64,000 nt of DNA from Candidatus Sumerlaeia bacterium (GCA_033764015.1 JANRJK010000036.1:160001-224000); one strand, 5' to 3'; positions 9,453 to 19,945 are shown, counted from the first letter of the stretch. Translations and numbers: made by a program. The notes: generated by a model from the sequence alone, not told the origin.

Positions 9453-10871
9453 TCATGGTTTTCTCCCGATTCCGACGACGCTATTGTGTGCATGGAATGG
9501 GAACTGCTCGGCGATCTTGACGAGTGGGAGCAGCATTTCGAAGGTACCCATCTGGCCGGGAGTGAGCGTCTTCTTGCGCAGGATGTTGCCTGAGAACCAC
9601 CAGCCAAGGCCGCCGACGCGGTTGAATCCCTTGGTCTTCACGTCAGTGTAGCCGGCGTCTTCCATCAAGGCGCGGAGCTCGGTCTTCTTGTACCGCCGGA
9701 AGTGGCCAAGCGTCTTGTCCACAGCGGTGTAGAGCTTCGGGTCATGGGGGACCAGAATGATGCAGTGGCCGCCGGGCTTCAAGAGCTGGTGGAAGTGCTT
9801 GAGGACGATCTCGTGGTCCTCGATATGCTCCATGACATTCAGGCAGATGATCGTGTCGAACTGGCCACCCTCGCCCACGGCGGCGATGTCGTCGGGGTGG
9901 GTGAGGTCCGCCTTGTAGCTCTTGAAGTTGAGCAGGTGGCCGTAGGACTGGGTGATCCGATCAACATAGAAGTCCTCGTAGTCCGCCACCACGAGTCGGC
10001 GTCGGTCGAGGAGCAGCTCGGTGATGTTGCCGATCCCGCAGCCAGCTTCGAACACTTCGGCGCCGACGTATTCCTTGAACTGGGAATACATCCACTTGTT
10101 GAAGCCCTTCGCCTTGCGAACCGCTTGCAGGATCAGGAAGCCATCGTGCTTAGCGTAGTTGGTGTCGAAGTAGCGGTAGCGCACCATCGCCGACATGGCG
10201 TGGAATGCATCCTTAAGGCCGATCTTCTTGCCTTCCGCGTAGCTACGTCCCCGGTAGGAGATGGGGACTTCATAGATTCGCGCGCCCCAGCGGGCCAGTT
10301 TTGCGGTGAGTTCCGGCTCCAGATCGAAGCCCGAGCTGCGGATGTTGAGGTTTTTCAGGATATCGGCACGGACCAGCTTGTAGCAGGTTTCCATGTCTGT
10401 AAGGTTTAGGTCGTTAAGGATGTTGCTGGTCAATGTGAGGATCTTGTTCGCCATCGTGTGCCAGAAAAACATGGCGCGGCGGTACTTCCCTTGGATGAAG
10501 CGCGATCCGAAAACGGCGTCCGCCACCCCTTCTTGCACTGGAAGTAGTAGATTCTCGTATTCGTTCGGATCGTACTCCAAGTCGGCGTCTTGGATGATGG
10601 CCCAGTCGCCGGTCATCATGGAGATGGCGGTGCGGATCGCTTTGCCTTTGCCGCCGTTCTTCTTGTGGAAGTGGATGCGGACCGTCTCCGGGTACTTCTC
10701 GGCGTAGCGCGTCAGGACCTCGCGGCTGCCGTCCTTCGAGCCGTCGTCGACGATCACGAGCTCCCGCTCGCAGGGGAGGGGGGCCGCGAGGACGCGGTCG
10801 AGGATCGTTTCGAGCGTGCGGATCTCGTTGTAGACGGGGATCAGGATGCTCAGCTTGTTGACGATGGCCAT
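9453..10871 (-). CDS. DPM1/GtrB-like GT2 fused to class I SAM methyltransferase-like domain
   Basis: IPVYNE, VDDGSKDG, QDADLEYDP, DMETCYK; C-terminal EAGCGIG and NVMEHIED; start reassigned to MAIVNK with AGAGGA upstream. Confidence 0.88.
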   Translation of the reverse strand: MAIVNKLSILIPVYNEIRTLETILDRVLAAPLPCERELVIVDDGSKDGSREVLTRYAEKYPETVRIHFHKKNGGKGKAIRTAISMMTGDWAIIQDADLEYDPNEYENLLLPVQEGVADAVFGSRFIQGKYRRAMFFWHTMANKILTLTSNILNDLNLTDMETCYKLVRADILKNLNIRSSGFDLEPELTAKLARWGARIYEVPISYRGRSYAEGKKIGLKDAFHAMSAMVRYRYFDTNYAKHDGFLILQAVRKAKGFNKWMYSQFKEYVGAEVFEAGCGIGNITELLLDRRRLVVADYEDFYVDRITQSYGHLLNFKSYKADLTHPDDIAAVGEGGQFDTIICLNVMEHIEDHEIVLKHFHQLLKPGGHCIILVPHDPKLYTAVDKTLGHFRRYKKTELRALMEDAGYTDVKTKGFNRVGGLGWWFSGNILRKKTLTPGQMGTFEMLLPLVKIAEQFPFHAHNSVVGIGRKP

Positions 10872-10878
10872 GGGTCCT

Positions 10879-12096
10879 CTACCTGGGCGGCGGTGGCTGC
10901 GCGGTGTCCCGCCAAAGCTGGACGATGCGGGCCACGGTGGAATCGAGCGAGAATTGTTCTGCGACGCGGCGTGCGGCGGCAAGTCCCATGGACTGGGAGG
11001 AGGCTGGGGTTTCCGCAAGCCTCCGCATCGCGCCCGCAAGCGCGGCGACGTCGTTCGGGGGCACAAGCAGGCCGGTGCCGCCTTCCACGATGATCTCCGG
11101 GATGCCGCCGATCCGCGCTCCGATGCTGGGCAGGCCCGTGGCGCCGGCTTCGATGATCGTGCGTCCGAAACCCTCCTCGGTCGAGACGAGCAGGTTCGCA
11201 TCCACCGCCCGGTAGAGGGGCCGCGGGTCCGCCTGGAACGGCAGCCATACCACGCGCCCCCGCACGTCGGGCTGCCCGATGCGGCGTCGGAGTTCGTCGC
11301 CGTACTCGAGCGTCGACTTGAACGCGTCGCCTGCGATCAACATGTGCGCCTCGATGCCGTCGCCGACGAGCCGCGCGAGCGCCTCGACGGCGACGAGTTG
11401 CGCCTTGCGCGGACTGACGAGACCGAAGAGGCCGAAGGCGAATGCGCCCGGCGGCGGCGCGAAGTCGCCGTAGGGTTCCCGGGCCCCTCCGCGCAGGGGG
11501 AAGTCGGTGGTCTCCACCCCGTTGTGCACAACGGACGCCTTCTCTTGCAGGTAGGCGGGCAGCGCGCGGCGTAGCGCATCCGAGACGCAAATGATGCGGT
11601 CGCAGCGGGCGAATTCGTACTTCGCGACGTGCGCCGGCGGCGCGTCGTTGCGCAGGTGCGCCGTCACCGCCGGCGCCAGGCATGGCCCGCCTCCGAGGCC
11701 GCCCGGGCGCCAGCGCGAACGCAGCGCCTGCGGGATGCTGTGGTACTCGTTGGCATGCACGATGTGGGGGGCGAAGCGCTCGGCGGCACGGCGCAGGGCG
11801 GGAAGCTGGCTGAACCAGGCCCCGAGGCGCCCGCCGAACTTGCGCCACGGATAGTGGCGGACCACCTCGACCGGGACGCCACGCTCGCGGAGAGCGTCGA
11901 ACAGCTCGCCGCGGCCCGGACAGACGACGAGCGGCTCGACACCGGCGGGAAGGCGGGAGGCAAGGTCGACAAGGCTGCGACGGGCCCCGAGCAGGCGCCC
12001 AGACGGCGACAGCAGGAGCACACGTAGCGCGCCGTCCCGCGGGGGGGAGGGGCGTTGGGCCTCGCTGCCAAAACCGGGGGAGATAATCGCGGTCAT
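10879..12096 (-). CDS. Glycosyltransferase family 4 (GT-B)
   Basis: VHNGV, RKAQ, EGFGRTIIEA, GGIPEII motifs. Confidence 0.9.
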   Translation of the reverse strand: MTAIISPGFGSEAQRPSPPRDGALRVLLLSPSGRLLGARRSLVDLASRLPAGVEPLVVCPGRGELFDALRERGVPVEVVRHYPWRKFGGRLGAWFSQLPALRRAAERFAPHIVHANEYHSIPQALRSRWRPGGLGGGPCLAPAVTAHLRNDAPPAHVAKYEFARCDRIICVSDALRRALPAYLQEKASVVHNGVETTDFPLRGGAREPYGDFAPPPGAFAFGLFGLVSPRKAQLVAVEALARLVGDGIEAHMLIAGDAFKSTLEYGDELRRRIGQPDVRGRVVWLPFQADPRPLYRAVDANLLVSTEEGFGRTIIEAGATGLPSIGARIGGIPEIIVEGGTGLLVPPNDVAALAGAMRRLAETPASSQSMGLAAARRVAEQFSLDSTVARIVQLWRDTAQPPPPR

Positions 12097-12139
12097 CGTA
12101 ATCGATCCGGGGCGCCGCGAGGTGCGCGCGCTGCGCCGG

Positions 12140-13096
12140 TCAGGCGCGCCGCTGTTTCGGGTCGAGGGCGTCCTGCAGGCCGTCGCCGAAGAGGTTGAAG
12201 GCGAGCATGGTCACGCTGATGCAGAGCGCGGGGCCGAGGAGCAGCCAAGGAGCGTCGCGCATGCTCGAGCGGGCCTCGTCGGCGAGCGAGCCCCAGCTCG
12301 CGGCGGGTGCGCTGACACCGAGGCCGACGAAGGCGAGGAAGCTTTCGATGAAGATCGCCTCGGGAATCGCCAGCGTGGCGGCGACGGCGAGCGGCCCGAG
12401 GCAGTTCGGCAGGATGTGGCGCCAGAGGATGCCGACGGCGGAGACGCCGAGGCCGCGCGCCGCCATGACGTACTCGCGGTTCTTCTGGGCCAGCACTTCG
12501 CCGCGGGCGAGGCGCGCCATCATCAGCCAGTTCGAGAGGCCGAGCGCGACGTAGATGCTGAGCAGGTCCGGCGAGAGCAGCAGCGGCATGGAGTCCGCCG
12601 GGGGGAGCGTTCGCTCCAGCAGCGGCTTCACGAACACCTGGAGCAGGATGACGATGAGCAGCAGCGGGATGCTGTAAATGATGTCCACGGTGCGCATCAG
12701 CAGCGTGTCGACTTTGCCACCCACCCACCCCGCCAGGACGCCGAGACCGACGCCGATCACGAGGTTGATCAGGCAGCTCACGATGCCGACCGCGAGGCTG
12801 ATGCGGGCTCCGACCAGGAGGCGGGCGAAGTTGTCGCGCGCCTGGAAGTCGGTTCCCGCGGGGTGGTCCGCGCTGGGCGGCTGGGGCGTGCCGAGGATGT
12901 CCCAGGAGACCGGCTCGAAGTAGTTGTGCTTCCACACCTCGGGACCGATGGCCGCGGTGAGGAAGAGCAGGACGATGATGAAGAGCGAGGCGACGGCGGC
13001 GCGGTTGCGCAGGAAGCGGGCGAGTCCGGGGTAGCTGTCGCGCCAAGTGTGCGGAGGCGCGGCGGGTTCGATGGCGGCGGGCGCGGCGGTGCTCAG
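12140..13096 (-). CDS. Oligopeptide ABC transporter permease (OppC/DppC-like), orphan
   Basis: HPAGTD...ARISL, EYVMAARGLG (EAA loop), RHILPN, FNLFGDGLQDALDP; start uncertain, probably CTG overlapping upstream stop. Confidence 0.88.
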   Translation of the reverse strand: MSTAAPAAIEPAAPPHTWRDSYPGLARFLRNRAAVASLFIIVLLFLTAAIGPEVWKHNYFEPVSWDILGTPQPPSADHPAGTDFQARDNFARLLVGARISLAVGIVSCLINLVIGVGLGVLAGWVGGKVDTLLMRTVDIIYSIPLLLIVILLQVFVKPLLERTLPPADSMPLLLSPDLLSIYVALGLSNWLMMARLARGEVLAQKNREYVMAARGLGVSAVGILWRHILPNCLGPLAVAATLAIPEAIFIESFLAFVGLGVSAPAASWGSLADEARSSMRDAPWLLLGPALCISVTMLAFNLFGDGLQDALDPKQRRA

Positions 13097-14133
13097 TGGT
13101 CTCGTCCCCGGCGGCGTTCGGCGATCCGTTCCAGCAGGCGCCCCGCGGCGGGGTCGCGCGGCTCGAGAGCCAGCGCCCGTTCGCAAAGGATACCCGCAGG
13201 CCAGTATTGATCGAAGACGAGGAACGCCTGCGCAAGCAGACACAGCAGCGCGGCGTCGCCGGCGAAGGCGTCCGCGCCGAGTTCTCCGACGTGCGGGTGG
13301 CGCTCCGCGTCGAGGTCGCCGAAGCGCGCCTCGCATTCGGCGAAGCGCGTGGAGGGAAGCCCCGGGGCCTGCTCCGCGGCCATGGCGAGGAGCCCGCGGA
13401 CCGATTCCGGCGCGGCCCCGGCTCGCAGCGCGAGGATCGCCTGCCATGCGTGGGCGCCCCCCTGCCGGCGGTCCGCGGAGCGGGCGTTGCGGAACTGGCG
13501 CGCGGCGGCTTCCGGCGCCGCGCCGCCGCACCACGCGGCCAGCGCGTTGCGGTACGCGAGGTGCGCCGGGCCGAGCAGCTCGGCGAAGCGCCCCGCGTCC
13601 TTCAGCTCGATCCGGCGGAACGCGCCGTCCCCTTCGAGCGCGAACAGCTCGTGCCGGAACGCGCGCCCGCTCGGCTCCGTGGTGGCGACGAGCGACGCTC
13701 CCAGCACCGGCGAATGGAGGAAGTGCCACGCCTTGAGGAACTGCCTCGGGCCGCCGTGCGCGGCGTGGACTTGCGCGATCACGCGGCGCTCCAGCGCGGC
13801 CAGCACCGACTCGCGGTCCTCCGGCAATGCGATGAACTCCTGGTGCGCGCGGTACTCGAGGCCGTTCAGCGCGTCCGGGTTGCGCCAGGCGGTGATTTCG
13901 AGGTCGGGGGCGTCTTCGCGCCAGAGGTCGTCGATCGTCATGCGATAGCAGAGAAGCCGCGCCGGGGGCGGAGGAACGTCCGCGCCGCCGGCCACGGTGA
14001 GGGTGAACCAGGCGTCCTCGGCCGGCGGGTCGGCGCGGCGGGACCCGGCGGGTGTGCGGCGGCAAACTCCCCACGCCAGCAGGATCGCGAAGGCGAGCGT
14101 TAGCAGGGACGTGAGGAAGAGCGATGGTCCCAC
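13093..14133 (-). CDS. Hypothetical membrane-anchored protein with C-terminal TPR-like helix pair
   Basis: N-terminal hydrophobic helix; AGILCERALALEPRDP resembles a TPR end; start uncertain (GTG 14133). Confidence 0.55.
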   Translation of the reverse strand: MGPSLFLTSLLTLAFAILLAWGVCRRTPAGSRRADPPAEDAWFTLTVAGGADVPPPPARLLCYRMTIDDLWREDAPDLEITAWRNPDALNGLEYRAHQEFIALPEDRESVLAALERRVIAQVHAAHGGPRQFLKAWHFLHSPVLGASLVATTEPSGRAFRHELFALEGDGAFRRIELKDAGRFAELLGPAHLAYRNALAAWCGGAAPEAAARQFRNARSADRRQGGAHAWQAILALRAGAAPESVRGLLAMAAEQAPGLPSTRFAECEARFGDLDAERHPHVGELGADAFAGDAALLCLLAQAFLVFDQYWPAGILCERALALEPRDPAAGRLLERIAERRRGRDH

Positions 14134-14343
14134 GGGGTGGCGCGCTCCGGGTCGCGATGGCCATGCGGGTAGGTGGGAGCGAAGCCCGTGCACATCCCGG
14201 CCGAGGATGATAGCCTAAGCGCCCCGCTGCCATCGAACGAGGGAAATGTGCTCGCCGCACCCGGCGGACAGCGGAGCTTCGCGGTTGCCCCCGCGAGCGG
14301 GCGCCCTCCCTCTGCGGTGAGCAGACGAGAAAGGCGCGGCGCG

Positions 14344-15438
14344 ATGGCCTCCAGCTTCGGAAAACTCTTCCGCATCAGCACCTTCGGCGAGTCCCACGGA
14401 GGCGGCGTCGGTGTGGTCGTGGACGGCTGCCCGCCGGGGCTGGAGCTTGCGACGGAGGACATCCAGCGCGAGCTGGACCGCCGGCGCCCCGGGCAGTCGC
14501 ACCTGACCACCGCGCGCGCCGAGTCCGACACGGTCGAGATTCTCTCCGGCGTCTTCGAGGGGCGCGCCCTCGGCACGCCGATCGCACTCCTGGTGCGGAA
14601 CCAGGACGCCCGGGCCACCGACTACGAACCGAACAAGACCCTCTTCCGTCCCAGCCACGCGGATTACACCTACCAAGCGAAGTACGGCATCCGCGCGTGG
14701 CGCGGTGGCGGGCGCTCCTCCGCCCGCGAGACCATCGGCCGCGTCGCCGCGGGCGCCATCGCCCGGAAGATCCTCGCGGGCGCCGGCATCGACGTCGTCG
14801 CCTGGGTGGACCGCGTCGCGGCGGAGGCGTCCACGGTGGACCCCGCGACGGTGAGCCGCGCGGCGGTGGACGCCACACCGGTCCGCTGCCCGGACCCGGA
14901 CGCGGCGGCGATCATGATCGCGCTGATCGAGCGCGTGAAGGCCGAGGGCGACTCGGTCGGCGGCACGGTCGCCTGCGTGGCGCGCGGCGTGCCCCCGGGC
15001 CTGGGCGAGCCGGTCTTCGAGAAGCTCGAGGCGCTGCTCGCGATGGCGATGCTCTCGCTCCCCGCATCTAAGTCCTTCGAGATCGGCAGCGGCATCGCGG
15101 GCACCTACCAGCGCGGCAGCGAGCACAACGACGAATTCCACGGGGAGGCGGGACGGATCCGCACGCGCACCAACCGCAGCGGCGGCGTCCAGGGCGGCAT
15201 TTCGAACGGCGAGGACATCGTGTTCCGCGTCGGCTTCAAGCCCGTCGCCACGATCCTCCAGCCGCAGCGCACCGTGGACGAGTCGGGCAATGAGGCGGAG
15301 CTGCGCGCGCGGGGGCGCCACGATCCCTGCGTGCTGCCGCGCGCCGTGCCGATGGTCGAGGCGATGGCCGCGCTGGTGCTTTGCGACCTGCTACTGGAGG
15401 CGCGGGCACGCCCCGCGATGCGCCGCGACGGCGACTGA
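14344..15438 (+). CDS. aroC: Chorismate synthase
   Basis: [35 protein letters not shown] signatures. Confidence 0.97.
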   Translation: MASSFGKLFRISTFGESHGGGVGVVVDGCPPGLELATEDIQRELDRRRPGQSHLTTARAESDTVEILSGVFEGRALGTPIALLVRNQDARATDYEPNKTLFRPSHADYTYQAKYGIRAWRGGGRSSARETIGRVAAGAIARKILAGAGIDVVAWVDRVAAEASTVDPATVSRAAVDATPVRCPDPDAAAIMIALIERVKAEGDSVGGTVACVARGVPPGLGEPVFEKLEALLAMAMLSLPASKSFEIGSGIAGTYQRGSEHNDEFHGEAGRIRTRTNRSGGVQGGISNGEDIVFRVGFKPVATILQPQRTVDESGNEAELRARGRHDPCVLPRAVPMVEAMAALVLCDLLLEARARPAMRRDGD

Positions 15439-17858
15439 TGCGCATCGGCATCCTTAGCTTCTACCCGGCGTTCCAGCCGCCGCGCTCCGGCGGCGAGCTC
15501 CGCCTGTCCCACCTTGCTGCCGAGGTGTCCAAGCTCGGCGCCGTCGAGATGGTCGCCCCCACTTACCCGGACAAGCCGTTCGAGGAGGTGCGCCACAACG
15601 AGAACTGGGTCGAGCGCCGCCACCCCAAGGGCGCGGGCTACGTCTGGTGGCACCGCGTGCTGGACCGGTTCGCGGGCTTCCCCGAGTGCAGCGCGCTGGT
15701 CTGCTCGCTGGCCTGCGCCGGGCACGAGTCGCTCGCCAAGGACGCCGACGAGGTGCGCCGCCGCGCCGACATCCTGATCCACGAACACGGCTTTCTGGCG
15801 CCCGTGGCGCCGTCCCGCGGCCGCCCGGACCAGCTCTTCGTGCTCGACGCGCACAACCTCGAGGCCGCGCTCGCGGTGGACATGTTCGGCAAGGGCCCGT
15901 GGGGTCGCTGGGCCGCCGCGCGCATCCGGCGACTCGAGGGGATGCTCGCCCGCGAGGCCGACGTGATCCTCGCCTGCAGCGACGAGGAGGCGGACGCCTT
16001 CGCCCGCTTCTACAGGCTGGACCGTTCGAAGTTCTTCCTCGCGCCGAACGGCGTGGACACGCGGCGCGTGCATCCGCCGCTTAGCGGCGAGGAGCGCGAG
16101 GAGCGCCGCGCGCGCCTCGGCCTCTCCCCCGCCGACGTCGGCGCCGTCTTCATCGGCAGCAAGCACCCGCCCAACGTCGAATCGGTCGAGTTCCTCGCGC
16201 GCCGCGTCGCGCCGGAGTTGCCCGGGGTGCGCTTCTTCATCGCCGGCAAGGTGTGCGAGGCGTTCGCCGCCGGCTCGACGCCGCCCAACATGCGGCTGCT
16301 GGGCCTCGTCGACGAGGAGACGAAGGACGACCTGCTGCGCGGCTGCGACGTGGCGCTGAACCCGATGTTTTCCGGCGCGGGGACGAACCTGAAGATGTTC
16401 GACTACTTCGCCTCGGGGCTGGCGGTGCTGACGACTCCGGTCGGCGCGCGCGGGATCGACTTGGCCCGGGGCCGCGACGCGGTGGTCGCGTCGGGGGGCG
16501 AGTTCGCCGCCGCGCTCCGCGCCCTTGCGGAGGACCCGGCGCGCCGCGCGCGCCTCTCCGCCGCGGGGCGCGACCTCGCCTGCGCGCGCTACGACTGGGC
16601 CGCCATCGGCGAGTCGCTCCGCGACCTCTACCGCCACAAGACCGCCCGCAAGGTGCTGGTCCTGAACGACTATCCGGTGCAGCCCGCGGACGCCGGCGGG
16701 CGCATCCGCATCGACGCGGTCGAGCGCGCCCTCGCCGCCGCCGGCGTGCCGGTGACGACGCTGACGCTCAGCACGGAGGAGTCCGCGCGCCGCGCCTTCC
16801 CCGGGCCGCGTCGCGAGGAGGTCAACATCCCGCGCTCGCTGCGCCACCGCTCGCTCGACCGTTTCCTCTCCGAGAGCTTCGGCCTCGGCGCGGACGACTG
16901 CTCGGCGCTGGTCGCGACGCGGCTTCTGACGCCGGAGTACACCGCCGCGCTGCGCCGCGAGCTGCCCCGCGCCGCCGTGGTGCTCTACTCGCACCCCTAC
17001 CTCGCGGGGATGCGGCCGCTGGCGCCCGCAGGCACCGCGCAGGCCTACGACGCGCACAACATCGAGTGGGAGCTGAAGGAGCGCCTCTTCGGCGCCAAGG
17101 GCTGGATCGGGCGGCTGCTCGTCCGGCGCGTCAGGAAGGCGGAGGCCGCCCTCGCCCGCGAGTGCGCCGCGACGTACTGCGTGTCCGGCGAGACGCTTGA
17201 CAGACTCAAGCAATTGGCGGGCGCGCCGCCGCGGGAGGCGCACGTCGCGCCGAACGGCGTCGATTGCGCCGCGAAGGACCCGGTGCCGCACGCGGAACGC
17301 CCCGCCCGCCGCGCCGAGGCGGGCCTCGGGCCCGAGCCGCTCGCGATCTTCCTCGGCAGCGGCCACCCGCCCAACGCCGAGGCGGCCCGCGCGATCGTCG
17401 AGCGCATCGCCCCCGCCATGCCCGAGGCCACGTTCCTCATCGTGGGCTCCGTCAACGGCTGGTTCTGGGGCCAGCCGCTGCCGGAGAACGTCGTGATGAC
17501 CGGCGCGGTGGCGGGGCCGGTGAAGGACCGCCTGCTCGCGCTCGCGGACCTCGCGCTGAACCCGATGCGGACCGGCTCCGGCACGAGCCTCAAGCTCTTC
17601 GACTACCTCGCGTCCGGCCTGCCGGTGCTCTCGACGGAGATCGGCGCCCGCGGCCTCCGCGACGACGAGTTCGGCGCGGTCGCCCTCGCCGCGGAAGAGG
17701 ACTTCCCCGCGCGCATGGCGGACCTCCTCGCGGACCGCACCCGCCTCGCCGCCATGTCGCAAGAAGGCATCCGCACCGCCCGCGAGCGCTACGACTGGAA
17801 CGTCGCGCTGGCGCCGATGGTCGAGTCGCTGAAACGGCTGGGGGGATTCGACGGGTAG
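15438..17858 (+). CDS. Tandem double-domain GT4 glycosyltransferase
   Basis: Two homologous halves, each with DAHNxE, APNGVD, GSxHPPN and NPM...GT.LK.FDY.ASGL; ATG overlaps aroC stop (TGATG). Confidence 0.9.
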   Translation: MRIGILSFYPAFQPPRSGGELRLSHLAAEVSKLGAVEMVAPTYPDKPFEEVRHNENWVERRHPKGAGYVWWHRVLDRFAGFPECSALVCSLACAGHESLAKDADEVRRRADILIHEHGFLAPVAPSRGRPDQLFVLDAHNLEAALAVDMFGKGPWGRWAAARIRRLEGMLAREADVILACSDEEADAFARFYRLDRSKFFLAPNGVDTRRVHPPLSGEEREERRARLGLSPADVGAVFIGSKHPPNVESVEFLARRVAPELPGVRFFIAGKVCEAFAAGSTPPNMRLLGLVDEETKDDLLRGCDVALNPMFSGAGTNLKMFDYFASGLAVLTTPVGARGIDLARGRDAVVASGGEFAAALRALAEDPARRARLSAAGRDLACARYDWAAIGESLRDLYRHKTARKVLVLNDYPVQPADAGGRIRIDAVERALAAAGVPVTTLTLSTEESARRAFPGPRREEVNIPRSLRHRSLDRFLSESFGLGADDCSALVATRLLTPEYTAALRRELPRAAVVLYSHPYLAGMRPLAPAGTAQAYDAHNIEWELKERLFGAKGWIGRLLVRRVRKAEAALARECAATYCVSGETLDRLKQLAGAPPREAHVAPNGVDCAAKDPVPHAERPARRAEAGLGPEPLAIFLGSGHPPNAEAARAIVERIAPAMPEATFLIVGSVNGWFWGQPLPENVVMTGAVAGPVKDRLLALADLALNPMRTGSGTSLKLFDYLASGLPVLSTEIGARGLRDDEFGAVALAAEEDFPARMADLLADRTRLAAMSQEGIRTARERYDWNVALAPMVESLKRLGGFDG

Positions 17859-18538
17859 GGGCGGTGGGACCTCCAACACTTTCGCCCGACTAGCTGTTCG
17901 CCCTCAACCTGCTCCCGCGCGCCCACCCCCGCACTCCAAGGGTTCCCGGCGGCCCGTTCCCCAGGCTTCCCCGCAGATTCGAGCCGGACGCTCCACCAGA
18001 TGATCACCGGCCATTGACGGGACCTTCTCCGGCCCAACTCCGGATCTCCGCCAACGCGTCCGCCTTGCCCCCGTTTTCAGGGTTCTCCCCCGAGCGCAGC
18101 CAGTTCCGTCCCCTCCTCAGCCCGGTCGTTCGGTCCAAAGCGGTAAGTCAGACGCGGCAGGGCCGGCGGCCAGGCACCCCCACAACCACTTCCCTTGACG
18201 GGATTGGACTCGCGGGCAGGCTATGCAAAGCTTGAAGTGCTGTGTGCGAGAAGCATGGTCTTGATTCGGACTGAAGGCGATGCGGACCTGCCCGTGGGGC
18301 AGGACGCTTGCGGCGGGGGCCCGCTAGTTGGTGGCAAGCCGGCTTGTTATCGCGCGCGCTCAGGGGGCTGGCTCCGATCTGGTGGCGGGAGCTGCTCGGC
18401 CTGCGCCTGGATATATGCTCCTCGCCATCAACGAGCAGTGGCCGGACGATCGCTTTGGAGTCCCGGATTCGCGGTCGAGAAGCGCCCCATCCCAACCTCC
18501 CCAGATTTCTAAAGCGGGGTAGGACCAAGGAGAACGTC

Positions 18539-19945
18539 ATGAAGGAGCCGATTTCCAGCGAGTTTCTCTTGAGCTCGACGAAGCAATTCAGTCTTGGATC
18601 ACTCGCGGAACAGTTTCACTTGGAACAGATATCCACCAAGACCACGCCGTGGATCGAGCAGGTCCGCGAGAAGTCCGAAGTATTCAAAGCGGTCCTAAAC
18701 TTAGGTCTTACTGACTCGATCCACCATGCCCATCTCATCCTAGGGTGCGGCTATGCGCTGCACGGTGCAGTAGACTGTTGGCGCCAATGGGACGAGGCGG
18801 CCTCTATCGTTGAAGCTGATGTGTTGATGACCTTTGCGGTAGCCCCAGATGGTGAATCTGGCATTGGTTGCAGGGAGAAGGGAGTGGGCTTCTGCCTCGG
18901 GGTCAACCTCGCCTTGCGCCCTGCTTCCACGTTGCATTGGTTTGTGCGGCGCCTTCTCACGTTGAAGAAGGGAGTGCTTTCTACTAGATTGAACTATGAC
19001 GCCCCTGTTGCGGTCATCTGGTTCCTCTGCTGGCTAGGCGCGAGGGAGCAAGGAGATGCAATCATGGAAGCGCATTGCGCTCCTCACCTTCTTGGGACTC
19101 CCTACGACAATGTGCGACTGGCATGGGATGACGATGCCAAGTTGGCTAAGGCAATCAGCCAAATGCTCTCTTACCACGTGCGCAATTCAAGTGCATTCTC
19201 GATGAAGGCCAACCAGTTCTGGGGCCTGGAGTCGTTCTTCCCGTTCGAGCTGATCGCCTTGATCTGCGTCCGCCGACGGATGGGTCTCACAACTCCGTCC
19301 GTCTCGCACTATTTGGTGGATGACAATCCGCTATTCGTGCTGCCGCCGACCGATTATGTTCCACCCTCGAAGGTTTTGAAGGAGCACTACGTCACTGTAG
19401 TGTTCGGGAAAGGGTTTCTCGACAAGGCATGCGCCGAGATCGAGAGCCACCCACTCACCCCATGGCCAACCCCTAAGGCACCGACAGGGGCAGAAATCCT
19501 CAAGATGGTCACCGCCAAGCGGGATGAGGAGGAGCTTCTCGACGAGGTGCTCAGCATTCCTCAACTGTTCCATCTCGATTGGAAGGAAGTTGTCGAGGCG
19601 GGTTTCGACGCGATCACTTCCGCTCTTCCTGACGGGCTGCCATTCGAGTGGGAGGAGCTGGGAGGCAATCGTTACAAGCTTGGCTTCGACGGCAGGTCGG
19701 AATTAGTGGAGGTGCGTCCGACTGAAGGCGATGAGGCTCTATGGGCGCTCGACGCCGTTGCTGCGGCGGAGCCTTTACTGAAGCCCGGGTTCGAGATCTT
19801 TGCGACCCGGGAATCGATGGAAGATGATGGCGTGACCTTTCTACTTATGGAAACCAAGTGGTGGGACACCTATCGCACCAAGAAGGGGAAGCACTTCGCG
19901 AAGACCTTCGCCCCGCTGTCGGAACTGCGCAAGAGGTCGGAGTAA
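18539..19945 (+). CDS. Hypothetical two-domain protein, possible immunity-type protein, in low-GC islet
   Basis: AAGGAG RBS before ATG; 468-aa ORF with atypical codon usage; FPFELIAL...RRRMGL.TP...H motif and C-terminal LDWKE-containing domain. Confidence 0.6.
   Translation: MKEPISSEFLLSSTKQFSLGSLAEQFHLEQISTKTTPWIEQVREKSEVFKAVLNLGLTDSIHHAHLILGCGYALHGAVDCWRQWDEAASIVEADVLMTFAVAPDGESGIGCREKGVGFCLGVNLALRPASTLHWFVRRLLTLKKGVLSTRLNYDAPVAVIWFLCWLGAREQGDAIMEAHCAPHLLGTPYDNVRLAWDDDAKLAKAISQMLSYHVRNSSAFSMKANQFWGLESFFPFELIALICVRRRMGLTTPSVSHYLVDDNPLFVLPPTDYVPPSKVLKEHYVTVVFGKGFLDKACAEIESHPLTPWPTPKAPTGAEILKMVTAKRDEEELLDEVLSIPQLFHLDWKEVVEAGFDAITSALPDGLPFEWEELGGNRYKLGFDGRSELVEVRPTEGDEALWALDAVAAAEPLLKPGFEIFATRESMEDDGVTFLLMETKWWDTYRTKKGKHFAKTFAPLSELRKRSE

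Noticed and set aside
12140..14260. 706-aa permease with long N-terminal extension
   Set aside because: The extension is Arg/Pro-rich off-frame translation of the upstream gene
17859..18538. Long intergenic region as possible ncRNA or mobile-element end
   Set aside because: No recognisable tRNA, riboswitch, terminal inverted repeat or repeat array by eye; an Rfam/Infernal scan would be needed
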